A stretch of 19,941 bases of DNA from a virus (IMGVR_UViG_2534681836_000028:1-19941), one strand, 5' to 3'; shown: positions 7,030-15,133, counted from the first letter of the stretch. Notes: generated by a model from the letters alone, not told the origin. Translations and numbers: made by a program.

Positions 7030-8680
7030 GTCACTTTTGTGGGGACAGTCCACAAAACTGCCAACTTCCGCTTCTTGCTCTTAGCGGACATTAGCATAGG
7101 CTATTTGCCATAACGCCTCATTACGCGCACCGCCCAGACTGACTCAGCGCGTTTCTGGCATATCCCCGGTAAAACAAGTAACAAACCACCCGAAAATGAA
7201 CACCAGAAACGCGACTTAAGAATCTACCCTATGAATGGATATGCACTCAACCGAATCGATCTTGGTTTCAATCTTTTTTATCGGGATCAGGCTTCTTTTT
7301 AGGTAACTTCGGGGGCTTAACTTGCTGATGACTTTGCGTTCGGCGCGTAAGCCAGGGATGGTCAGCTTTAGGTTTAACATAGTATTTTGAGCGTAAATCA
7401 ATACGGGCATTATCCACTCGTTCATGGACACTCTTTTCATCATCCAGTGGTATAGGCTCCGGGCCATCAACATACTTTTCCCAGCCCAGCGCTTTCCCGT
7501 CATACAGAACGTTAATTTCACCGTCAAAGTTCTCGCATACAGTAACAACCGAATGCCTAAGTCGATATCCCCGGCCCTCACTGCGTACCTGAAACGCACT
7601 GCTTTTGTACTGGAAAGTGAGATTTTTAGACAGAACGCGCTTCGCCTGTAGGCTGAAGATATAACCCAGTTCCTCTTCAGAATGGTGCACATCAAGATGA
7701 GCATTATCAGTAGTACGAGGCGACGTAGCGAACCGGTTGTTATAGGCTTCAATAAAGGTCGGCAACCATGCATTTGCTGTTTCAATATCACTGATATTCT
7801 GAAGCCGCATTTCTTTGACCAGCCTGTCCTGTAGTGTCTGATTGGCGCGCTCTACCCGCCCTTTTGCCTGCGGGCTGTTGGCATGGATTGGCTCGATGCC
7901 CAGTGTCTTTATCGCACGAGTGAACTGGGTCAGCTCACCTTCCCGCTCTGGGTTATTTACCCTGAATATACTGTGTCTATCAGAGTAGAGAGCGAGCGGT
8001 ACGCCATGATCATTAAGGTAACCCCGGAGGGTTTCCATGTAAGCCCGGGTTGTTTCAGCAGGCACAAAACGCAACGCCATCAACGCACTGGTGGCATCAT
8101 CAATGAAAACGATCAGTGTACATCTGGGGCCTCGATTTTCAAACCAGTCATGAGGTGAGCCATCAATCTGGATCAGTTCACCGTAAGATGGTCGTCGCAT
8201 GCGGCGTTGATATATACGGGCAATTTTACGACGGCGTTCACGCCATACCCCCTCTTCTATCATCCACTTTCTGAGAGTTTCAACGGATAAAGATAAACCG
8301 TGTATCTCACGCAATTTTTCGCACGCAAACGTAGGTCCAAAATCAGCGTAACGGCCTTTGAGGAGTGAAATTACTGTTGCTCTGAATTCAGTAGAAAAGG
8401 AATTATTAGGACGCTTTCCACGTCGGGGGGAAACCAGACCAGAAGGCCCTTCATTTCTATACCGTTGCACCAGACGTTTAACCTGCCGAATAGAAATGCC
8501 AATGCGTGCCGCAGCTTGTTCCTGAGTAATATGTCGATTAATTGACTCCTGAATAATCTGAAGTCGGTGGAGTTCCTTATGACTCATCGTAACAGTCTCT
8601 TTGATCATGAAAAATCCCCCAGAGAATTGTCTGGGGACATTTTAGAATGGTTCAAAGGGGACATTACAGCTTGGTGTTAA
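7030..8680 (-). mobile_element. Insertion sequence, ends not resolved (about 1.6-1.7 kb)
   Basis: Single 446-aa DDE transposase ORF with non-coding flanks; 23-nt hairpin at 7035-7057 and repeated GGGGACA motifs at 7041 and 8633-8665 may mark the termini. Boundaries are approximate. Confidence 0.45.
7268..8608 (-). CDS. DDE transposase (integrase-core/rve type, N-terminal HTH), 446 aa; ISNCY(IS1202-group)- or IS481-like
   Basis: ORF 7268-8608; HTH AARIGISIRQVKRLV; catalytic-core motifs QIDGSPHDW, FIDDATS, AKGRVERANQTL; no IstB-like partner, so IS21 is unlikely; basic Lys/Pro-rich C-terminal tail. Confidence 0.85.
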   Translation of the reverse strand: MIKETVTMSHKELHRLQIIQESINRHITQEQAAARIGISIRQVKRLVQRYRNEGPSGLVSPRRGKRPNNSFSTEFRATVISLLKGRYADFGPTFACEKLREIHGLSLSVETLRKWMIEEGVWRERRRKIARIYQRRMRRPSYGELIQIDGSPHDWFENRGPRCTLIVFIDDATSALMALRFVPAETTRAYMETLRGYLNDHGVPLALYSDRHSIFRVNNPEREGELTQFTRAIKTLGIEPIHANSPQAKGRVERANQTLQDRLVKEMRLQNISDIETANAWLPTFIEAYNNRFATSPRTTDNAHLDVHHSEEELGYIFSLQAKRVLSKNLTFQYKSSAFQVRSEGRGYRLRHSVVTVCENFDGEINVLYDGKALGWEKYVDGPEPIPLDDEKSVHERVDNARIDLRSKYYVKPKADHPWLTRRTQSHQQVKPPKLPKKKPDPDKKD

Positions 8681-9358
8681 CAATAGCCTGCTTCTCCTTG
8701 CCTTTCGGCACGTAAGAGGCTAACCTACATATGTCTAGCATGAAATTGGCCTCAGATTAATGTTAAGCGTCTTGCAGGACGCGTAATGTTAACTGGGGCT
8801 TTTCTCTATCTGCCGTTGGTGTTCATGCCCGAGGCAGATAGCCTCAAGCACCCGCAGCCATTCTACTTAACTACCGTTACCTCGCCAATGTGAAATCAGT
8901 CAGAAAGGCGATCCATAAGAACAATAGCAAGACAATAAATCGCCATTACAGCCGTAATAGCCAGCGCACATTTGAGAACCAGCACCACAACCTCCTGTAT
9001 TGGACGTAGACCAGTCCTGATGAATATGAGGCTGTCTCGTCAGTGATTCAATACAACTATTGGGTATAGTTTCTCTGATTTTTTCTGTGGAAATGGGGCA
9101 CAACCACTAGTCACCACCAGCACTTCTTTTAATACGCAAAGTCCGACACAAGCTAACCTTCTAGTCCGCTTTGAGCGAAAAACAGCCATAATTTAGTGCC
9201 ACGTATATAATGATAGAGCTATTCAAGCTAGCAATTCACATGTAAAAATTCAGAGGGTAGAAGCACATAGTTATAAATGTTGGCTCCATCGACAAATTGC
9301 GGTCTCAAGTACATTTATTAATGTTGCCCCCGCATTAACAAATCATCAAGGTGACGAC

Positions 9359-11146
9359 ATGGACGATATTAATATCAGCCTCGACGAACTTAACACTATT
9401 GATTTATCCCCCTTAATCCAGAGTAAGCTGCCAGTTACCTGCTTTGATATCACAAAGTATCTTTCTAGCCTAGGTGATGGAAGAGCGGAGATAAGACTGC
9501 TAACCCATATTTGCGGTTTTCACTTTCGTCCCGAAAATCCACAGGTACCATTTGGTCCGTGCTTTCAAAGCAGCCAAGGTAGATCTGCAATTCCGGATGA
9601 CATTAACGGGTTGTCGCTGGAGGTACTTTCTCAATTTTGCCCGACGATAGAGCTACCCGAACTTCAAGCTCGTATTGCTGATACACTTTGGGTTCGTAAA
9701 ATTGGTGGAATCCGTTTTCCTTTGCTGGCAGTCCGTGCTTATTATGCGTCCAGTATAGCTATTATGACATCGCAAGGGACGTGGGTTAGTGCTTTAGAAC
9801 GCCTAGAGCGTGCGCTTAGGCTGTGTTGTTTTTTTCGAAAGCATACTGATTTCAGGGATGAATTTGATCAGCTTTCGGCACATCTACTAGCAGAGTATGA
9901 ACGTACCAGAGAACAAGGCGATTCACCTTATCCGCTGCGACTCCTGCAACTCGATATCGACTGTAAAGTGAGTGAGCCATCTTTTATTGCCCAGGAACTC
10001 CTGTTTCTGACAAAAAACTATCTGGCTCAAAAATTATTTTCATTTGCCGTCGATGCCTGTAAAACCGCAATCCCGATTGCGAATAGGTGCTGTGACAGAG
10101 ATACACAGTTTGAATTCTGGCGGCTTCTTGCCGATACACATCTGGAAGAGTCAAAATTCCAAGATGGCGGTATGATTTCGGCAGCCTGCATGCAGAATGC
10201 TATTGAAGCACTGGCTAATATTCCAGGAACCCGAATAGAACGTCTTGCGCTGTATGAAGAAATGCGTGATTACCAAATCGAATCCCGTCACCAGATGTCT
10301 ATCCTTCAGTCTCCCCCTCAAGATATTAGTGAGATTGTCCATCAAGCCAAGAGTCGGGTAGTCGGAAGAGATTTGTTTGATATGGTTTTCAGACTTGCGA
10401 TGCTGGTCTGTCGGCCAACCAGCATTGAGAGACTTAAGGCTCAAGCAATAGAACAAAAGGCCAACAGCATAGCTTGGATGTTTGGATCAACACATATTGA
10501 TCATGAGGGAATGACACTTGCTCGCATACCCGCAGGATTGGGGATTGATGATGCAAATGGGGCAGTTATTTGGCCCATAATGATGACGAGAATGCGTATC
10601 GACCATGAGTTGGCAGTAGCTGGGCAAATTATTCCTGCTACAGATGAGATCACAATGAAATATCCAATCTCGGAGGCGTTTTTTCGCGATATGTTCATCA
10701 ATCATCCCTTCATCCCGTTTGGGCATGAAGAGTTTTTCATCAAGGGTATGGTTTGCGGTTTCAATGGAGATTTTATGACGGCATGCCACGTGTTGATTCC
10801 CCAGATCGAAAATAGTCTGAGATATGTGGCTAAAATTAAAGGTGAGGAACCATCGCAGCTTCACGGGGACGGTTCGCAAGAGCGAAATGGACTCAAGGGA
10901 TTACTAGATAATCCACTGATTATTGAAGCTTTCGGCGTAGACATAATTGGCAATCTTCAGGCCTTACTGGTAGATAAAATCTATGGTGATTTACGAAATC
11001 AACTAGCTCACGGATATGTGCCTGCCGGTTACTACAATCAACCTCCCTGCATTTTTGCATGGTGGCTTGTATTGCACATTCTAATGAACCCTACGGCGAG
11101 ATACTGGCAAGCCACTTATGGCCAAGAGAGTGAGGCTCAGACTTAA
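9359..11146 (+). CDS. Solitary 595-aa cytoplasmic protein with C-terminal HEPN-like Rx4HG motif; candidate abortive-infection/defence effector (possibly DUF4209-like)
   Basis: ATG 9359 with AAGGTGA SD; long uninterrupted ORF; motif DLRNQLAHG (nt about 10994-11014) fits the HEPN R-x4-6-H signature; no TM segment, no Walker motif; flanked by an IS and about 750 bp of non-coding DNA; convergent with phage replication genes. Confidence 0.8.
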   Translation: MDDINISLDELNTIDLSPLIQSKLPVTCFDITKYLSSLGDGRAEIRLLTHICGFHFRPENPQVPFGPCFQSSQGRSAIPDDINGLSLEVLSQFCPTIELPELQARIADTLWVRKIGGIRFPLLAVRAYYASSIAIMTSQGTWVSALERLERALRLCCFFRKHTDFRDEFDQLSAHLLAEYERTREQGDSPYPLRLLQLDIDCKVSEPSFIAQELLFLTKNYLAQKLFSFAVDACKTAIPIANRCCDRDTQFEFWRLLADTHLEESKFQDGGMISAACMQNAIEALANIPGTRIERLALYEEMRDYQIESRHQMSILQSPPQDISEIVHQAKSRVVGRDLFDMVFRLAMLVCRPTSIERLKAQAIEQKANSIAWMFGSTHIDHEGMTLARIPAGLGIDDANGAVIWPIMMTRMRIDHELAVAGQIIPATDEITMKYPISEAFFRDMFINHPFIPFGHEEFFIKGMVCGFNGDFMTACHVLIPQIENSLRYVAKIKGEEPSQLHGDGSQERNGLKGLLDNPLIIEAFGVDIIGNLQALLVDKIYGDLRNQLAHGYVPAGYYNQPPCIFAWWLVLHILMNPTARYWQATYGQESEAQT

Positions 11147-11243
11147 AGTGAATAAGTTTACGAAGTTGGCACTTCCGGATGCATGTCCATATGAGTTGAG
11201 GCGATTTGGTTAATAAGGTTGAGTGCTGCTGAAATTATTCGAT

Positions 11244-11267
11244 GTCCGCTTTTGGCACAAAGCGGAC
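11244..11267. terminator. Hairpin in the convergent intergenic region (possible terminator)
   Basis: Perfect 9-bp stem gtccgcttt / aaagcggac with 6-nt loop; weak U-tract, so terminator function is uncertain. Confidence 0.3.
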
Positions 11268-11364
11268 AACCACGCCAGATCTACCCTGTGCCATGAAAAA
11301 TGAGAATGTCAATTCACTCCTGAACTAATGCTTTTTAATCTAGTAACGTCTAAAATACCTAACA

Positions 11365-11766
11365 TTATCCCTGATAAAATGCCAGTATGCGCTGCATAAC
11401 TTCACTCATCCGGCACTCGCGACAGATTATGTTTAGGCGACTGTCGTAGCGACGTATTTCTCCATCAGGTAACGACCAGATAAGGTCCGGATCAACCACA
11501 GCTGTTTTCTTCACCTTTGCCCTCGAGAGTTTTTTGCGGGCGTTTTGCCAGTCCTTACGCGCCTGTTCAGACGGGAATAACCCGTAGCCGGAGTTGTATA
11601 CATCGCCACTGGCAACCAGCTCTCTGGCAAGAACGCTCATCAGATATCTAGTCGCACCTGTTTTAGCTTCCAGTTGCCGTAACGTCTCACGACCGCTCTG
11701 GCGCACGAGTTCCACCACCTGCCCTTTAATTTTTTCCCGCTCTTCTTGTGTAAAAACTTTTGCCAC
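11365..11766 (-). CDS. Phage hypothetical protein, 133 aa (downstream of replication initiator)
   Basis: ORF 11365-11766 with GTG start preceded by AAGGGGGA; basic, no ATPase motifs (not a DnaC/P-like helicase loader). Confidence 0.55.
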   Translation of the reverse strand: MAKVFTQEEREKIKGQVVELVRQSGRETLRQLEAKTGATRYLMSVLARELVASGDVYNSGYGLFPSEQARKDWQNARKKLSRAKVKKTAVVDPDLIWSLPDGEIRRYDSRLNIICRECRMSEVMQRILAFYQG

Positions 11767-11806
11767 AAGTCCCCCTTAAAATTACCTCATGACCTGAAAT
11801 CAAAAC

Positions 11807-12772
11807 TTATCCTCTGAAACCAGGCGGAATTTCTGTATTCGGTTCAGAAATATGATTAACACAACGCTGTACAGGTGAACGCCCCAGGCGGATGACCAGT
11901 TCGTCCCATTTTTCGCGGAGCTTTGACGGGCTCATGATGTTTTTTACCCAGAATGGATCCCGCTGTACCCGACCAAACATTTCACAAATTTGTCTGTGGC
12001 TTCTGCCATCCAGCATCCGCATTGTGCGCACATCATTGGCCCAGACAGTCCAGTTAGGCTCTTTTGGTCGCATGATCTCGCCATCATCACTGGCGGCCTG
12101 TTCGTAGAGACCCACGATCCGCCCCCATATCCACTGCGCACACGCCAGATCCTCCTGGCTACCCCACTGGCGTTTTTTCGCACTAAACACAACTGCGCCA
12201 GGGTGCCGGATTAAAAAATCCTGTTCAGCCGTCTGCGGGTCCGGTTGCGAAGCTTCCGGACGAAAAGTGTTTTTATTCTCTGTAGTAATCTCTGTTGTAT
12301 TCTCTGTAGGATCATCGGGCCATTTTGACCCGATGACATTGGGTCGTTTTGAACCAATGGAGCGTTTCATTTTGACCTCTTCCATCGTGTCATTTTGACC
12401 TGATGGAGCGGCGCATTTTGAACCGATGGATTCGCTCAATTTGCCATCATCTAAAAGCTCGCTCCCATAGTTAATCGTGTAGAAATTGGTCATATCGCGC
12501 TTTGATTTATTGAGCTTTTCACAACGCAAAAGCCCCAGCGTTTTCAGACTTGCAAACGCGCGCTTTAACGTTGACTCTGACCAGAATGGGAACTGTTCCA
12601 GCCATTGTTCCGTTGTGTTGTAAATCCAGCGAACACCATCACATTCCATGCCGGAATTGGTATCTCTCAACCAGTAATGCAACTGCTGCAACACAATGGC
12701 TTCATTTAAGCCAATCTTCATCGCAAGCTGTGTGTTTATAACCAGTGGGCGTTCAGCAAAAAGAAGGCTCAT
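11807..12772 (-). CDS. Lambdoid replication initiator (O-like / YdaU-like replisome organiser) containing the iteron origin
   Basis: Track ORF 11807-12826 begins at a TTG; the ATG at 12772 (MSLLFAERPLVINTQLAMKIGLNEAIVLQQLHYWL, winged-helix N-domain) is the more likely start; internal repeats SIGSK x3 are encoded by DNA iterons; overlaps the upstream ydaT-like gene. Confidence 0.8.
   Translation of the reverse strand: MSLLFAERPLVINTQLAMKIGLNEAIVLQQLHYWLRDTNSGMECDGVRWIYNTTEQWLEQFPFWSESTLKRAFASLKTLGLLRCEKLNKSKRDMTNFYTINYGSELLDDGKLSESIGSKCAAPSGQNDTMEEVKMKRSIGSKRPNVIGSKWPDDPTENTTEITTENKNTFRPEASQPDPQTAEQDFLIRHPGAVVFSAKKRQWGSQEDLACAQWIWGRIVGLYEQAASDDGEIMRPKEPNWTVWANDVRTMRMLDGRSHRQICEMFGRVQRDPFWVKNIMSPSKLREKWDELVIRLGRSPVQRCVNHISEPNTEIPPGFRG
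12270..12455. repeat. Phage origin of replication: five to six 23-24-bp-spaced iterons plus adjacent 12-bp repeats
   Basis: Iterons cattttga(c/a)c-N-gatgg starting at about 12321, 12345, 12368, 12391, 12414 (degenerate sixth at 12437); three attctctgtag-type repeats at about 12275-12309; all inside the O-like gene, as in lambda ori. Confidence 0.65.
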
Positions 12773-13274
12773 AATTCCATCCAGCTTTTTGTTGGTATTG
12801 CTGTCGATACGCAAGTTTGAAAGCAATTGCTTTTTCTATAAGTTCGTCAGTTTCACGATCCACTACGGCAGGATCAGCAAAAAGCAGTCCGGACTCCACC
12901 ACATCGCCATATTCTTTGTTTAACCCGGCGATCATGTACGTGATGCTTTTTCCGTCACTAATTTCACGATACAACCTGAAATCATTAATCCGGATAGCCT
13001 CCATAATTGCAGGCACTAGCGCCGTGAACTTTTCACGCTTATCCCTGGTGTCGATAGCCTTCCAGCGTTCGAATATCTTCACTCGATTAACGCCAAGCGC
13101 TCGCTGATCAACCGCGCCACCTTCATCTGTGACACGCTGAACATCGATGTTCGGGCGCTCTTTCAAAGCCCAGAATGCTTCAGTGATTAATATCGTCGCC
13201 TGCTCCTGTGTCATTCCTGGTCGACATATCCAGGCATCCAGAGCCTCACGAGCCTGTTCAGGAGTGATTTTCAT
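12753..13274 (-). CDS. YdaT-like protein (cII-position regulator/toxin-family), 173 aa
   Basis: ORF 12753-13274; start overlaps stop of the cro-like gene; motifs FERWK and ALVPAIMEAI parallel Rac YdaT (recalled). Confidence 0.6.
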   Translation of the reverse strand: MKITPEQAREALDAWICRPGMTQEQATILITEAFWALKERPNIDVQRVTDEGGAVDQRALGVNRVKIFERWKAIDTRDKREKFTALVPAIMEAIRINDFRLYREISDGKSITYMIAGLNKEYGDVVESGLLFADPAVVDRETDELIEKAIAFKLAYRQQYQQKAGWNYEPSFC

Positions 13275-13485
13275 TGTTCAACCGCCCCGCCCGCTTCGTC
13301 TTACGATATTCGTCATAAACCTTGGGATCATACAGAAGCTCCCCGCCAGATGCCTCCTGTAGACGCATCGCGCGACCTTCAGGAACCAGTATCCCCCAAG
13401 CAGCAACACTTGCCAGTCTCACTCCTGCGGCATTGGCAAGCTTTGTTTTGCTGCCAAAAAAAGTAATTGCGTCAACTTTAAGCAT
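13258..13485 (-). CDS. dicC: Cro-like regulator (DicC / YdaS family), about 75 aa
   Basis: Track ORF 13258-13488 starts at TTG; ATG at 13485 gives MLKVDAITFFGSKTKLANAAGVRLASV...; HTH; divergent from the dicA-like repressor. Confidence 0.75.
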   Translation of the reverse strand: MLKVDAITFFGSKTKLANAAGVRLASVAAWGILVPEGRAMRLQEASGGELLYDPKVYDEYRKTKRAGRLNNENHS

Positions 13486-13498
13486 CAAAGCCCCCTCT

Positions 13499-13516
13499 TG
13501 TTAGACTTTTCTAACA
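13499..13516. promoter_or_regulatory. Operator palindrome O1 in the dicC-dicA divergent intergenic region
   Basis: tgttaga-cttt-tctaaca (7-bp arms, 4-bp spacer). Confidence 0.5.
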
Positions 13517-13565
13517 TTATTGTGCGCGGGATATCTAAGTCAAGAAAAATTAGAATTACCTAACT

Positions 13566-13973
13566 ATGGATACAAGAACCCTAGGCCAGCGAGTTCTGGC
13601 GCGACGAAAAGAATTACGCTTAACACAACGAGAAGCTGCGCGCCTCGCTGGAGTTGCTCACGTCACAATTTCACAATGGGAAAGAGACGAAACCCAGCCA
13701 GTCGGAAAACGATTGTTTGCTTTAGCGGATGCTCTGAAGTGCTCACCTACATGGCTAATGTTTGGTGACGAAGACAAGGCACCAGTGCCTGCACAAGAAC
13801 TTCATGTGGAAACAGAGCTAACTCCCAACCACAAAGAATTGATCGAATTATTCGATGCTCTTCCATCTTCCGAGCAGGAAGCCTTGCTGTCTGAAATGCG
13901 CGCAAGAGTAGAAAACTTCAACAAACTCTTCGAAGAAATGCTTAAAGCGCGTAAAAATAAATCAATAAAATAA
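13566..13973 (+). CDS. dicA: DicA-like XRE-family HTH repressor (CI analogue without peptidase domain), 135 aa
   Basis: ORF 13566-13973; HTH LTQREAARLAGVAHVTISQWERDETQP; same length as K-12 DicA and closely similar to it (recalled). Confidence 0.85.
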   Translation: MDTRTLGQRVLARRKELRLTQREAARLAGVAHVTISQWERDETQPVGKRLFALADALKCSPTWLMFGDEDKAPVPAQELHVETELTPNHKELIELFDALPSSEQEALLSEMRARVENFNKLFEEMLKARKNKSIK

Positions 13974-14005
13974 CATTCTTTTCAAGTGATTAGTTGCGCC
14001 CACTC

Positions 14006-14031
14006 TTTTTGTTAGACCAATCTAACAAAAA
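14006..14031. promoter_or_regulatory. Operator palindrome O2 upstream of the ydfA-dicF-dicB operon promoter
   Basis: tttttgttaga-ccaa-tctaacaaaaa (11-bp arms); immediately followed by candidate -35 TTGCCT, 17 bp, -10 TAAATT. Confidence 0.5.
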
Positions 14032-14141
14032 ACACTTGCCTATCATGTTAGGTTATTCTAAATTACTTTCCATCAAGACACCGCACGGTGTTCTCAGCAA
14101 ACAGTTCCGCTACCCCGGCGTTAAGGGGAAATGAGGTCAGC

Positions 14142-14297
14142 ATGGATACTATCGATCTTGGCAACAGCGAATCTCTGGTATGTGGCGTGTTCCCCAACCA
14201 GGACGGCACGTTCACCGCGATGACGTATACCAAAAGCAAAACGTTTAAAACCGAAAATGGTGCCCGTCGCTGGCTGGAAAGAAACTCAGGTGAGTGA
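14142..14297 (+). CDS. ydfA: YdfA-like small protein, 51 aa
   Basis: ATG 14142 with GAGGT SD (track ORF 14088-14297 starts earlier, in frame); MDTIDLGNSESLVCGVFPNQDGTFTAMTYTKSKTFKTENGARRWLERNSGE. Confidence 0.7.
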   Translation: MDTIDLGNSESLVCGVFPNQDGTFTAMTYTKSKTFKTENGARRWLERNSGE

Positions 14298-14298
14298 T

Positions 14299-14874
14299 AT
14301 GGATTTCGACACAATCATGGAAAAGGCTTACGAAGAATACTTCGAAGGCCTTGCCGAAGGCGAAGAAGCTCTCAGCTTCAGTGAGTTTAAACAGGCACTC
14401 AGAATAAGAATGTGCTCTCACAATGACGCGGAGCACAAATATGAGAAGCAAAATCAGACCGCAGAAAATTTTGTTCTGGAACCCGGAGAAACGCTTTTCA
14501 AAATTCCCGTTACGTGCCCCATTTGCGGTTTTACATCAGAAGAACTTGACGACTCCTGTAACAATCAGGAAACAACCAAGTATGTCGAAGATGATACCGA
14601 GTGCGCACGAAGAACGATTATATCCACGAGTCCAAACTCCAGGGCCAATAAATCTCACTTTGAGAGGGTGATTAATCCACTCCCCCAAACCAATAAAAAA
14701 GATGCCGGAGGACAAAAAACCCAATGGAACAACGGGATATCTGTCAAAAAAAGACGTTCCATTAAAGACAAACAACGCAGCGCCAACAACTGTAAGCGCT
14801 TTATACCAGTAATCAATTTTCATGTTCTTAAGCGGATTTATTGGTGGTTGCGACATTGCTTAATGAATCCTTAA
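14299..14874 (+). CDS. YdfB/YdfC-like protein, 191 aa, with putative Cys-cluster (CPICGF ... DDSC ... TEC)
   Basis: ATG 14299 with AGGTGAG SD, one nt after the ydfA stop; single long ORF where K-12 Qin has two short genes (from memory). Confidence 0.5.
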   Translation: MDFDTIMEKAYEEYFEGLAEGEEALSFSEFKQALRIRMCSHNDAEHKYEKQNQTAENFVLEPGETLFKIPVTCPICGFTSEELDDSCNNQETTKYVEDDTECARRTIISTSPNSRANKSHFERVINPLPQTNKKDAGGQKTQWNNGISVKKRRSIKDKQRSANNCKRFIPVINFHVLKRIYWWLRHCLMNP

Positions 14875-15133
14875 AACTGTGGTGATTTTAAGGATACCAC
14901 CTCGCCTGACGTGGTTAAAAGCAGGCACACAACACGAAAGCGCACGGCGAAGTTCGTCTCACTGTACGGTGTCGTTAAATTTAATTCGACCGTGCGCTTC
15001 CGGTTGTGGCAACCCGCAAAATGGCGCGGCGGTAAGTATGGCGGGGTTATTCCTTCCCCGTTGAGGACACCGGGTTGTCAGGTTGACCATACGCTTAAGT
15101 GACAACCCCGCTGCAACGCCCTCTGTTATCAAT

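Noticed and set aside
7216-8158. ORFs 7216-7791 (-), 7424-7651 (+), 7883-8158 (+)
   Set aside because: All lie inside the 446-aa transposase gene in other frames or on the other strand.
7268-8608. IS21-family IstA assignment for the transposase
   Set aside because: The architecture is similar (HTH plus DDE core), but no IstB ATPase gene follows, so a single-ORF IS family is more likely.
8900-9103. 67-aa minus-strand Cys/Gly-rich ORF in the non-coding region upstream of the HEPN-motif gene
   Set aside because: No SD, low-complexity sequence, not in an operon; probably a chance ORF, though the region may hold the promoter of the 595-aa gene.
10151-10879. Minus-strand ORFs (101, 130, 66 aa) within the 595-aa gene
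   Set aside because: Antisense to a long, uninterrupted ORF with a good SD.
12270-12455. Possible CRISPR array (regular short repeats)
   Set aside because: The repeats are 23-bp-periodic iterons within a coding gene, are degenerate and lack spacer-like unique inserts; no cas genes in the window. The 36-nt repeat pair at 4465/4653 is only two copies.
11892-12741. Small ORFs overlapping the O-like gene (both strands)
   Set aside because: Alternate frames of the replication initiator gene; the iteron DNA produces repetitive pseudo-ORFs.
14879-15102. 61-aa and 63-aa plus-strand ORFs between the ydfB/C-like gene and dicF
   Set aside because: They cover the structured DicF precursor region (hairpins) and lack SDs; more likely untranslated leader.
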